A stretch of 64,000 nt of DNA, taken from positions 4,595 through 68,594 of the IMG/VR virus record IMGVR_UViG_3300033146_001150; one strand, given 5' to 3'. The stretch comes from a virus. The notes beneath the pieces are model-generated. The model ran no database searches. It was not told the origin of the DNA and was given only the letters and a program-made list of their open reading frames with translations. Positions 22,047 to 31,088 of the stretch are shown piece by piece. A program made the position numbers and the translations under genes. How positions within the stretch are numbered: position 1 is the stretch's first letter; every line of letters begins with the position of its first letter.

Positions 22047-22500
22047 ATATGAATCTAAAAAGGGATATTATAAATTAATATTCCCTAGTAAGTATACTGC
22101 TAAAACTAATAATAATGGTGAAATTCTATATAGATCGTCATGGGAGCAAAGAGTATTTTATTATATGGATAATAATAAAAATGTGATAGAATGGTCTAAT
22201 GAAGCGTTAACTATACCTTATTTATATAAACTTGATGGTAAGATACATAGATATTATCCTGATATTGTATGTAAAGTGTCAAGTAATGAAGGAGTTAAGA
22301 ATTTTATATTAGAGATTAAACCATATAAGCAAACTGTACCCCCAAATAAACCAAAAAACCGTAGTTTATCCCGTAAAGCTAAATACGATAGAGAAATGGC
22401 AGTATATATTAAAAACACCTGTAAATGGGAAGCTGCTACTGAATTTTGTAAGAAAAATGGGTATGAATTCAAAATTATAACTGAAAATGAAATATTTTAA
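22033..22500 (+). CDS. gp4-like head completion nuclease (TnsA-like fold)
   Basis: YRSSWE, W.NE, HRYYPD, EIKP, KWEAA, ITE. Confidence 0.9.
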   Translation: MLMSKYESKKGYYKLIFPSKYTAKTNNNGEILYRSSWEQRVFYYMDNNKNVIEWSNEALTIPYLYKLDGKIHRYYPDIVCKVSSNEGVKNFILEIKPYKQTVPPNKPKNRSLSRKAKYDREMAVYIKNTCKWEAATEFCKKNGYEFKIITENEIF

Positions 22501-22508
22501 AAAAAGGT

Positions 22509-23873
22509 GTGTATATGAAGTGTAATGTTATAGCAATCACTCCACCACAAACAGAAAAAGAGTTGCTTACGGCGACACCAGAGCTATTAGCTAGTTCATT
22601 AGCTAAATATTCAAGATCCACTGATGGTATTGAAAGTATATTAGGTTCTATTGATTGGGAGAATCAAGACGCTTCAATAGAACGTATATTTAAGTTTATT
22701 GATTATGGACATGCTAGTATTGGTGGTATGACTGGTGGAATTGCGGTAGCATTAGATGACTGTTCTATGTTTTTAGCATATAAAATATTTGAATTATCTA
22801 ATTTAGTTGATGGGCAAGAGTCTAGTACTCGATATATTAAAATGGATTCGTCGTCATTACCTAATCCCGAAGATATAGGAATCCCCAAAGAACATAAAGA
22901 TGAGTGGTTGTTTATGATGGATCGGGCATTTTCATTATATAACAAAAAATATGAAGAATTGTCACAAGCTATTAAGGACGACCCATCATTAATTAAATAT
23001 CCTGATAATGCCAGTGAAAAGGTTAAAATTAGATTACAAAAGAACTATGCCTTAGATAGAGCTAGATATTTAATTCCGTTTGCAACTAAAACATCAGCAG
23101 CTTATATTATGACTGCTCGTGTTTGGGCTAATGTGATTAAAGAGTTAGCATCGTTACCTATTAAAGAATGTAATGATGCTGCTAATATTATCCGAGATGA
23201 AGTTAGTCTTGTAGCCCCAAAACTAATGAAACATTCATACCCAGATGAAGCGTCATTATTTCATCAAAATAGAGCAGCATCATTTCCGGTTCCTATTATT
23301 CAACATGTCCCTATTCAAACTGGATCATTAGAAGATAAAGTATGGGTGTCTGTTGATGATGATTTTTCACCATTTTTTAGTAATGAAGATGATTCTAATT
23401 TCGATTATAAAGAAAATCGTTATAGTGAGGTTGGATCTACTATAAAAAGAACTGCGGTTAGATTTGCTATTAATAATATTGCTATTGCTGAATTACGGGA
23501 CCTAAACAGACACCGTACAGGGTATAAATTCACTGATTTAAAACCTGTAGGGTTCTATCTACCACAAGAACTTAGAAATGACCCAGAAGTATTAGATTTT
23601 GTTGATAAATGGGGAGTTTTTCTACAAGAAATGACTCATTATCCAACAGCATATAATAATGTAACTTATATGTATTCATACCTATTAGGAACTCAGGTAT
23701 CATTTGAACAATCAACTCATTTAGATAAATTGATTTATGAGATTGAACTTAGGACTGGTATGGGTGCACATTTTAGATATGCGGAACATTTAAGCGAAAT
23801 CGCTAAGGTTTTAGGGTACATTAGACCGCAGTATGAACAGTTTATTAATATTGGAACAGCAGAACCAGAATAA
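22509..23873 (+). CDS. thyX: FAD-dependent thymidylate synthase-like protein (tandem Thy1 domains)
   Basis: YGHASI, ESSTRY, DRARYL, RDLNRHRT. Confidence 0.75.
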   Translation: MYMKCNVIAITPPQTEKELLTATPELLASSLAKYSRSTDGIESILGSIDWENQDASIERIFKFIDYGHASIGGMTGGIAVALDDCSMFLAYKIFELSNLVDGQESSTRYIKMDSSSLPNPEDIGIPKEHKDEWLFMMDRAFSLYNKKYEELSQAIKDDPSLIKYPDNASEKVKIRLQKNYALDRARYLIPFATKTSAAYIMTARVWANVIKELASLPIKECNDAANIIRDEVSLVAPKLMKHSYPDEASLFHQNRAASFPVPIIQHVPIQTGSLEDKVWVSVDDDFSPFFSNEDDSNFDYKENRYSEVGSTIKRTAVRFAINNIAIAELRDLNRHRTGYKFTDLKPVGFYLPQELRNDPEVLDFVDKWGVFLQEMTHYPTAYNNVTYMYSYLLGTQVSFEQSTHLDKLIYEIELRTGMGAHFRYAEHLSEIAKVLGYIRPQYEQFINIGTAEPE

Positions 23874-23876
23874 TGC

Positions 23877-23905
23877 TTGACATTTAACATAATATGATAT
23901 ATACT
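23877..23905 (+). promoter_or_regulatory. sigma70-like promoter
   Basis: TTGACA-N17-TATACT. Confidence 0.7.
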
Positions 23906-23933
23906 ATAGGTAAATATTATTTAATAAGGAGAA

Positions 23934-24632
23934 TTGATGGGACAGAGTATCAATTACAAAAGAGAGTTGTTTGACTTAATCAATGATTTAACATCAATTA
24001 GTCCATCGATAGGATTTGAATGTGATGAGACTAGTGTTATCGTTAGAAAATGTGATGAGGAACGAACTATTCCATACATACTAACAGCCCCTATCGACTA
24101 TTTCGGTATTACTGAAACTATAGCTTTTTATAATTATCCGAACTTTTATAGTTTTATGGATATGATTAAGGATGCTAAATTAACATATAACGGTAATGTA
24201 TTGAATATTGATGGGGCTACGACAAAAATCAATTACACTCTATCTGATGAAGGATCAATCATTAATGGACCATCTAGTATTGCTTTTAATGATGCTGATT
24301 ATACTTTTGTATTATCTCGTGATGAATTGGATGAAATTGTTAAGATGAAGAATTTAGTTAAAGCTAAGAGATGTATCATTACCTGTGATGATGATGTTGT
24401 CAAACTAAAGATGTATACTGACGAAACTAGTCATTCAGTTGTAAAAGAATTTGTTGGGGATAATGTGTCTGATATTGAAGATGTTATTAAATTTGAAGTG
24501 TCTGCTGATAGATTTAGTCATCTACCACCAAAACGAGATTACACAGTTCATATTAAGAAAGAGAAATTTATGAAATTCTCTCTTATGCATGATGAAATTA
24601 ATTTGGATATTTATTCAGGGAGTATTGACTAA
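23934..24632 (+). CDS. gp45-like sliding clamp
   Basis: 232 aa, SISPSI, DYTVHI; upstream of the clamp loader. Confidence 0.7.
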   Translation: MMGQSINYKRELFDLINDLTSISPSIGFECDETSVIVRKCDEERTIPYILTAPIDYFGITETIAFYNYPNFYSFMDMIKDAKLTYNGNVLNIDGATTKINYTLSDEGSIINGPSSIAFNDADYTFVLSRDELDEIVKMKNLVKAKRCIITCDDDVVKLKMYTDETSHSVVKEFVGDNVSDIEDVIKFEVSADRFSHLPPKRDYTVHIKKEKFMKFSLMHDEINLDIYSGSID

Positions 24633-24979
24633 TGAGTGAGAATAATTTAAAAGTATCAATGGATTATGATGCCCCATCAGCTCCACATGAACAAGAAGAG
24701 ATAACTCCGTTTGGGGTTATCTCTGCTATGGCAGCTAAAATAGGACAGCATGTACATGAACCGAATTCATCTTGTAAAAAATGTCAAGGTCGTGGTTATA
24801 TTGGGAGAGATCATACAACTAAAGCACCAATACCATGTATGTGTATTTATGATAGTTATGATAAGCAGCAAAATATGAAGATTTCTGATCAATTACGACC
24901 TTTAAGTCGTTCTGAACGTCGTAAACAGAAGCGTGCGTATGATAAAATGATAAAATCAGCCAAAAAGAAAGAATTGTAA
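24632..24979 (+). CDS. small zinc-finger protein (CxxCxGxG...CxC)
   Basis: CKKCQGRG, PCMC. Confidence 0.6.
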   Translation: MSENNLKVSMDYDAPSAPHEQEEITPFGVISAMAAKIGQHVHEPNSSCKKCQGRGYIGRDHTTKAPIPCMCIYDSYDKQQNMKISDQLRPLSRSERRKQKRAYDKMIKSAKKKEL

Positions 24980-25951
24980 ATGATTACTTTTGTTGATGAA
25001 GAGAACCAAAAAAAGCCTAAGAAAACTAAAGTTTTAGTTGAAAAATACAGACCTAACACATTAAAAGGTGTTATTCTGCCTAATAAGTATAAGAAATACT
25101 TTAAAGATATAGTAGCATCGGGAGAAATCCCTAATATGCTACTATATTCTACTGGACCTGGTGTTGGTAAAACAACTATAGCAAAAGCACTTGCTAATGA
25201 TTGTAATTACCAACATATGTTTATTAATATTTCATTACGTGGTGGTATTGATACTTTACGGGACAAAATTGAAAAATTTGCATCAGCTAAATCATTTGAT
25301 GGTAGAAAAAAAGTAGTTATATTAGATGAGTTTGATGGTTCCACTCCAAACTTACAGGCGGCTTTGCGTGGTGCGGTAGAGGAATTTTATGATAGATGTA
25401 CGTTTATTTTAACTGCAAATTATATGAATAAGATTATTGACCCATTAAAATCCCGTTTTGAGTGTATAGATTTCAATATGCTTGAAACTAAGTCTAAACA
25501 AGAGCTATTACCTCAAATACAAAAGAGATTGAAAACTATTATCAGACTTGAAGAAATTGAGTCTGAGGATGGTGTTATCGATAAAATAGCGGAAACGTTT
25601 TATCCTGATATTAGAACTATGATTAATCTTATAGCATCGTATTCTAAGCAGTATGATGTGTTAACTAATGGTATATTCACTCATCAAGATATTGATGATT
25701 CTCTATCTGATATGATTATAGATAGAAAATTGACTAAAGCTCGTCAGTTTATTATTGATAATAATTATAAGTATGAGGAACTTTATACTTATTTATTTGA
25801 TGTGTTAGTTCCGAAGTTAGATAATACAGTTCAGGGTGCTGTTATAGTGTCTATTGAGCATTATATGAATAACTCTATGAATAGTATGAACCCAGAAATT
25901 ACATTCACTGCGTGTTTAATTTCTATAATCGAAGATGTATATGGAGGTTAA
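24980..25951 (+). CDS. gp44-like clamp loader ATPase
   Basis: VEKYRP, GVGKTT, LDEFD, LKSRF. Confidence 0.93.
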   Translation: MITFVDEENQKKPKKTKVLVEKYRPNTLKGVILPNKYKKYFKDIVASGEIPNMLLYSTGPGVGKTTIAKALANDCNYQHMFINISLRGGIDTLRDKIEKFASAKSFDGRKKVVILDEFDGSTPNLQAALRGAVEEFYDRCTFILTANYMNKIIDPLKSRFECIDFNMLETKSKQELLPQIQKRLKTIIRLEEIESEDGVIDKIAETFYPDIRTMINLIASYSKQYDVLTNGIFTHQDIDDSLSDMIIDRKLTKARQFIIDNNYKYEELYTYLFDVLVPKLDNTVQGAVIVSIEHYMNNSMNSMNPEITFTACLISIIEDVYGG

Positions 25952-26678
25952 TATGGAATTTTTATTTATTGTTCCTAATAATGATGAATCTGCATTCAAT
26001 TCACATTTAAATAAATCACTACCAACTATTAATGGTAAATTTAAGTGTGCTGTGATAACAGATAAAGACAGTTCAGTCGAAGTTAAGTCTATTTCCGATA
26101 AATATAATAGTTCTATTGATGTTATCCATAACAATGATTTAAATAGTTCTGAATTGGTATTAATTTTTGCTAAAGAAGACACGGATATACTTGATGTTAA
26201 TATCATTAAAAAACTTGATATTGTCTTTGATAATAATAGGAATATTGGGGTTGTTGGTGTTTCGGGGGTAAAAACGCTTAATAAAGACGTTAATATGTAT
26301 GATGATAGCAATGCATATGTGGGTCATATGGGTATATCTGACAATAGACCTGATAGATTGAATGGTAATGGTTATTTTGAAGATATTATTGGCGTAAATG
26401 ATGCATTATTTGCGGTTCGTGGTTCGTTATTTAATGATCAAGATTTTATATTTAAATCTGGTTTAGATGAAGGGTTTGGTATTGATATAGCAATAAAATC
26501 TTCTAAATTAGGATATGATGTTGTTGTATGTGATATTTTTGTAGTATCTATTGATGGTGGCGATGTATCATTTGATAATATCAACAATATAGTTAATTCT
26601 ATTGATGATGTAGACTTCCCGGTGGTATGTGGTAGCACTAATACAAATGATACTCACATAGTAGAAGTAGATCTATAA
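25935..26678 (+). CDS. GT-A-like glycosyltransferase
   Basis: SISDKYN, IFAKEDT (HxD-like position), IGVVGVSG; degenerate. Confidence 0.5.
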   Translation: MYMEVNMEFLFIVPNNDESAFNSHLNKSLPTINGKFKCAVITDKDSSVEVKSISDKYNSSIDVIHNNDLNSSELVLIFAKEDTDILDVNIIKKLDIVFDNNRNIGVVGVSGVKTLNKDVNMYDDSNAYVGHMGISDNRPDRLNGNGYFEDIIGVNDALFAVRGSLFNDQDFIFKSGLDEGFGIDIAIKSSKLGYDVVVCDIFVVSIDGGDVSFDNINNIVNSIDDVDFPVVCGSTNTNDTHIVEVDL

Positions 26679-27076
26679 TGAAAATATTTGATATATTAGA
26701 TGCTTTAACTATAAATAAAAGTGATTTAGATTTTAATGATGCTGAAGTTAAGAAGATTTATAATCAATTTCTAGTGAATAAGTTTTTATCTATGTCTGAG
26801 TTCTTAGTACCTTATGTTGAACAAGCATCCGTTATGATAATGAGTGATGAAATGCATTTTATATATTTACGGTCTATATTACCTAAACGTAAATTTTATT
26901 ATAAGTTCATCAAACCGTCTAATAAAATTAATGAAGATAATAAATATTATATATCTGATTATTTTGAAATAGGCACTCGTGACATTGATGGGTTTGCTGA
27001 TACTATAGATGATTCTGAAGTAGATTATATTTTATCTAAGTATATGTATGGAACAAACAACCAGATAACATTGTAG
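26678..27076 (+). CDS. gp62-like clamp loader small subunit
   Basis: FDILDAL, YNQFLVNKFLS, LPKRK.Y.K. Confidence 0.82.
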   Translation: MKIFDILDALTINKSDLDFNDAEVKKIYNQFLVNKFLSMSEFLVPYVEQASVMIMSDEMHFIYLRSILPKRKFYYKFIKPSNKINEDNKYYISDYFEIGTRDIDGFADTIDDSEVDYILSKYMYGTNNQITL

Positions 27077-27082
27077 GTAAAA

Positions 27083-27568
27083 ATGAAGTATACACCACCG
27101 ATTAATGAAAATGGAAAACCATATCACGTACCCGTAGTTGCTAAGAATAAAGATGTTTTAATTGGATATTTAAGCGGAGTGATTTCATCTAAAGATATTA
27201 TAAATGAATTATTTTTAATGAAAGATATTGATACTTCTCTAAATCCAATAGATTATGTGTTAGATTCAAGCCGATTTAATGATATTCTAGAAAATGATAA
27301 AAAGGCTTCTGATATGACTCAAGATGAATTAACAGAATATATGGTTAATTTAGTGACTGGAGTTTTTGATAACATTGAATCGGATTCAACAGAGAATGGT
27401 ATATTAGAGCAATCTGTATTGACCATTGAATGTAAATGTGGATATGGTTATTATTCATGGGATAAATTATCAGATATACCAGATGACAATTTTGTGTGTT
27501 CTCAATGTGGAAGAGTTTTAATTGATTATACTAATGAGTATGATTTTAATATAGAATATGAAGAATAG
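27083..27568 (+). CDS. hypothetical protein with C-terminal Zn ribbon
   Basis: CKCG...CSQCG. Confidence 0.6.
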   Translation: MKYTPPINENGKPYHVPVVAKNKDVLIGYLSGVISSKDIINELFLMKDIDTSLNPIDYVLDSSRFNDILENDKKASDMTQDELTEYMVNLVTGVFDNIESDSTENGILEQSVLTIECKCGYGYYSWDKLSDIPDDNFVCSQCGRVLIDYTNEYDFNIEYEE

Positions 27569-27576
27569 AGGAAATT

Positions 27577-27756
27577 ATGATTATTAAAAAAACTATTAAG
27601 TGTGTTCATTGTGAGAATGAACTTGTTGTAGACTCGCTCAACGAGAGTGTTGTTACTTGTACGTGTGGTGTAGTATCCATTAATAGTGGTACTATCGTTG
27701 AAGGTACTATTGGTGTTGACTGGGTTGATGTTACTCCAAAACTATTGAATGAGTAA
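27577..27756 (+). CDS. small Zn-ribbon protein (59 aa)
   Basis: GAGG RBS; MIIKKTIKCVHC...CTCG; fills the gap exactly. Confidence 0.6.
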   Translation: MIIKKTIKCVHCENELVVDSLNESVVTCTCGVVSINSGTIVEGTIGVDWVDVTPKLLNE

Positions 27757-27758
27757 GT

Positions 27759-28490
27759 ATGAATAATAAATTTATTATATTAATAAGTGGGAAAATTGAT
27801 TCTGGAAAGAATCAATTTTCTGATTATCTATTAGATAATTTTAGAACTAAAGGCTATACTACGAAACAGGATTTATTAGCTAAAGATTTAAAGGATAGAA
27901 GTTCTATTGATTTCAATCCTTTATCAAAGTCTATTGATAAATTGGTAAATGATGTTAAGATCCTATTAGGTGTATATTTCGATCCAAAAGAACATGGCAC
28001 TGCCTTATATCCTATATATAATGCATTAGATAATATTAAATTTACTTCTGATAATTTTCATGAGAATAAAACTGATATTACTAGATCATTACTACAATTG
28101 TATGGTACTGATATTTTTAGAAATCGAGTTGATGATAAATATTGGATTAAGTTGTTATGTGATAGAATAAATTCATATGATTCTGATGTAGTTACTGTAA
28201 CTGATATTAGATTTCCTAATGAAATTTATGATATGTATGAATTGATTGAAGGTCGTACTATTATTTCTATACGGATAGATCGTGATATTGATAGATCTAC
28301 CATAGCCAATACTCATATTTCAGAAACATCATTAGATAATTTCAATCAATTTACGTATAAATATAAAAATAATGGAACTCTACAAGAATTAATGGATTAT
28401 TCTAAATTTATAGTTGATGATTTATTATCTGAACCGGATGAAATACCTGAATGGAATTCTCATATTAGGTTGACATCCCGTATGCTGTGA
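27759..28490 (+). CDS. deoxynucleoside monophosphate kinase (gp1-like)
   Basis: SGKIDSGK, RSLLQLYGTD, TDIRFPNE, HISE. Confidence 0.85.
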   Translation: MNNKFIILISGKIDSGKNQFSDYLLDNFRTKGYTTKQDLLAKDLKDRSSIDFNPLSKSIDKLVNDVKILLGVYFDPKEHGTALYPIYNALDNIKFTSDNFHENKTDITRSLLQLYGTDIFRNRVDDKYWIKLLCDRINSYDSDVVTVTDIRFPNEIYDMYELIEGRTIISIRIDRDIDRSTIANTHISETSLDNFNQFTYKYKNNGTLQELMDYSKFIVDDLLSEPDEIPEWNSHIRLTSRML

Positions 28491-28984
28491 TATATATTAA
28501 TAGGGAACTATTAATTTTAACCATAGGTGATTTATTGAATATTAATGATATTATGGTTTTTTCTGGAAGTGATATACCTCCACCAAAAAAAACTAAAAAG
28601 AAAAGAAAAAATAAAAAAGATGATACTCCTGCTGTAAAATATAAAGTTAATGCTGATTTTTTACTAAAGTATTTTAAATTAAAACGTAAACTGAAAAAAG
28701 ACGACTATATAGTATTTTCTTCAAAAAAAACTATATTGGGTACTAAAATAAAAAGTAATGATAAAGTTATTGAGGTAATTATGGTTAACGCTCATGAAGC
28801 TGCATCAGTTAAATTTATTAGCGTTACTTGTCGGTTTGTTGTTGAGCGTGAATTAAAAGAGACTTCAAAAATATATATGTCGTTGGATGATTCTAGGAGA
28901 GTTCCTCTAATTGTTGAGCGTAAGTATATGGAAGATGACTCTTTTTATGAACATAGAATGAATATAATTGAACAATTTTTATAA
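28487..28984 (+). CDS. basic hypothetical protein (true start probably downstream of the promoter at 28470-28498)
   Basis: ORF; TTGACA-N17-TATATT overlaps the listed start. Confidence 0.5.
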   Translation: MIYINRELLILTIGDLLNINDIMVFSGSDIPPPKKTKKKRKNKKDDTPAVKYKVNADFLLKYFKLKRKLKKDDYIVFSSKKTILGTKIKSNDKVIEVIMVNAHEAASVKFISVTCRFVVERELKETSKIYMSLDDSRRVPLIVERKYMEDDSFYEHRMNIIEQFL

Positions 28985-28993
28985 GGATTATTT

Positions 28994-29554
28994 ATGACTA
29001 ATATGATATTTGATGTTGATACTCAACATCGAACAGTAAAAGACTATAGGGGTAAAGGAGATAATATTGTTTCTATCTTACAAGGAGCAATAGATAAAAA
29101 CGTAGTAGTGTCTGGATCATTAATATATGACGGTGACCTTGACGTTTATGAAGATAAATTACCTGATACGATAGTATCACCAAAAGAACATTTTTATGTA
29201 GTACCAAATAATAACTATGGGATTGATATTCCATTAGCATCAGACTGTACTCAAGTATACTTTGAGAAAGAATCATCTGATATATGGTCTACTGAATCAG
29301 GACAGCCTAATAATTTAGCAACATACGTTAGATCTAATAATATCAATTCAGTGTATGTTATTGGGTATAATGAGGACTCTAGTATAGAACATACACTAAA
29401 AGGGTTCATTAATCTTGGGTGTAGCGTAAATATCGTTACAGATGCAATTATAGGGTTAGAAGATGATGCCGCTCCTATATATGAGATGGTAAATTCTAGT
29501 GAATATATGCAGTTTACTACAACAGATGAAGTAAAAAATAATTTATATAAATAG
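28994..29554 (+). CDS. isochorismatase/nicotinamidase-like protein (degenerate)
   Basis: FDVDTQ, FEK, V.VIG, IVTDAI. Confidence 0.55.
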   Translation: MTNMIFDVDTQHRTVKDYRGKGDNIVSILQGAIDKNVVVSGSLIYDGDLDVYEDKLPDTIVSPKEHFYVVPNNNYGIDIPLASDCTQVYFEKESSDIWSTESGQPNNLATYVRSNNINSVYVIGYNEDSSIEHTLKGFINLGCSVNIVTDAIIGLEDDAAPIYEMVNSSEYMQFTTTDEVKNNLYK

Positions 29555-29771
29555 ATTTATATAGTGGTTTCTTTTAACTTAAAATCAAGGTTAATTTTTG
29601 TTTCTACCCACTATATATCTAAAAAGATATAAAAAATCCATAACTATTCCCCGTCGAATAGTTGCAGACTATGGCTATCGGTGTTAGCCAACAGCACGTC
29701 ATTCCAATTTAAGTGCTGATCTACTGCTTTTTTATATCTTTTTTACGTTTAACACAAATGGAGAACAGTTT

Positions 29772-30083
29772 ATGAGTACACAAATTGATGAGTTTTTAAA
29801 TTATGTCGCTGATGAAAATGATCAAGATCTTTTATATCCAACTGATTTAAAAGAAGCTATTATTGGTACTATGGAATTTTTTGATGGGTCCAACGGACAA
29901 ATTCAACGATTAGTATTAGATAAAACTAAATGTATTGAAATTTTAATGCGAGATGATATTGAATCCGGTGTTGATGAAGAACAAGCATATAGTGATGCAT
30001 TAGAACATTTTTATTATAATGTTATAGGATCTTATATTGATGGGGTTCCTGCTTACGTTACATTAATAGATGATCAAATTTAG
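29772..30083 (+). CDS. conserved phage hypothetical protein
   Basis: EAIIG...DKTKCIEIL...ALEHFYYNVIGSY. Confidence 0.65.
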   Translation: MSTQIDEFLNYVADENDQDLLYPTDLKEAIIGTMEFFDGSNGQIQRLVLDKTKCIEILMRDDIESGVDEEQAYSDALEHFYYNVIGSYIDGVPAYVTLIDDQI

Positions 30084-30127
30084 AAAAATATATAAATACT
30101 CTAAATGATAAAAATAAGGAACATAAA

Positions 30128-30211
30128 ATGACTGTTTTACATCTTAATAATCAATACCCATGTATGTTTAATTCGAGCGATAGTACGCCCGAACAAATAC
30201 CTATATATTGA
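30128..30211 (+). CDS. 27-aa peptide between a late promoter and a terminator
   Basis: TATAAATA near 30091, AAGGA RBS, MTVLHLNNQYPCMFNSSDSTPEQIPIY-TGA. Confidence 0.35.
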   Translation: MTVLHLNNQYPCMFNSSDSTPEQIPIY

Positions 30212-30245
30212 CTGTTAAGATAATCATACGAGTTGCATCGAAATT

Positions 30246-30275
30246 AAACCTTAACAGAAATGTTAAGGTTTTTTT
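30246..30275 (+). terminator. rho-independent terminator
   Basis: AAACCTTAACA-GAAA-TGTTAAGGTTT followed by T run. Confidence 0.75.
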
Positions 30276-30285
30276 ATAATAAAGG

Positions 30286-30314
30286 TTGACATCGTATAAT
30301 ACTTAATATATATT
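30286..30314 (+). promoter_or_regulatory. sigma70-like promoter of the tRNA cluster
   Basis: TTGACA-N17-TATATT. Confidence 0.7.
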
Positions 30315-30322
30315 ATACACGA

Positions 30323-30397
30323 AGCAGTAGTTAGCGTGCTAGGTGGATAGATGGTTCTATCATGAAAAACACCAGGGTTCAATTCCCTCTACTGCTA
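30323..30397 (+). ncRNA. tRNA-like RNA without a canonical anticodon arm
   Basis: AGCAGTAG/CTACTGCT acceptor-like stem, AGGG-TTCAATT-CCCT T-arm, no CCA. Confidence 0.45.
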
Positions 30398-30414
30398 TTA
30401 ATAATATATGTCGC

Positions 30415-30497
30415 TGGTAGGTGGTAGATTGGCAATACAACCGGCTGTTAACCGGTGGGGAAACCCTATGCAGGTTCGAATCCTGTCTTACCAGCCA
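30415..30497 (+). tRNA. tRNA-Asn(GTT) with long variable arm
   Basis: ACCGG-CTGTTAA-CCGGT; G73; encoded CCA. Confidence 0.85.
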
Positions 30498-30508
30498 CAT
30501 ATATTTAT

Positions 30509-30584
30509 AGGCGATTAGTTCAGTCGGTAGAACATCAGATTTTGATTCTGAGGGTCGGAGGTTCAAGTCCTTCATCGCCTACCA
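30509..30584 (+). tRNA. tRNA-Gln(TTG)
   Basis: TCAGA-TTTTGAT-TCTGA; CCA. Confidence 0.88.
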
Positions 30585-30588
30585 TTAC

Positions 30589-30676
30589 GGAAGATTAGTG
30601 TAATTGGTAACACAGCACCCTGCTAAGGTGTAGCCCCGTGAGGGGCTTGGAGATTCGAGTTCTTCATCTTCCGCCA
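30589..30676 (+). tRNA. tRNA-Ser(GCT)
   Basis: GCACC-CTGCTAA-GGTGT; long variable arm; G73, CCA. Confidence 0.88.
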
Positions 30677-30695
30677 TTTATTTTTATTAAATGTA

Positions 30696-30724
30696 TTGAC
30701 TTTTAATAAAACATAATGTATATT
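30696..30724 (+). promoter_or_regulatory. sigma70-like promoter
   Basis: TTGACT-N17-TATATT. Confidence 0.6.
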
Positions 30725-30768
30725 ATAATTAAGAGTTTTACTAGTGGAACTTAATCCTCACTAGATAC

Positions 30769-30851
30769 GGAAGGTTGGACAATGGTTGTTAAGCAGTCTT
30801 GAAAACTGTCGCCCGTAAGGGTTGTAGGTTCGAATCCTACACCTTCCGCCA
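30769..30851 (+). tRNA. tRNA-Ser(TGA)
   Basis: GCAGT-CTTGAAA-ACTGT; variable arm; CCA. Confidence 0.88.
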
Positions 30852-30890
30852 TTTTATTGTCAATAATAGTTATGATACTAAAAAATAAAT

Positions 30891-30965
30891 CGGTGATTGG
30901 GGTATTGGATGCCCGCTACATTTGGGATGTAGTTTAAGCAAGTTCGATTCTTGCATCACCGACCA
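30891..30965 (+). tRNA. tRNA-Pro(TGG)
   Basis: CTACA-TTTGGGA-TGTAG; C1-G72, A73, CCA. Confidence 0.85.
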
Positions 30966-30973
30966 AGTTATAT

Positions 30974-31082
30974 GGGGTACTCGCTCAACCAAGTGGTATG
31001 GTTGGGTCTACGAGCCTAGGTAGTTACCGTAGACCGCTTTATGATGAAGCTGAGTCGGTTCAAATCCGATGGGTCCCCACCA
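30974..31082 (+). ncRNA. enlarged tRNA-like RNA ending in ACCA
   Basis: GGGG/CCCC-ACCA acceptor, canonical T-arm, extended D stem, 8-bp stem with 15-nt loop in place of the anticodon arm. Confidence 0.55.
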
Positions 31083-31088
31083 ACACAT

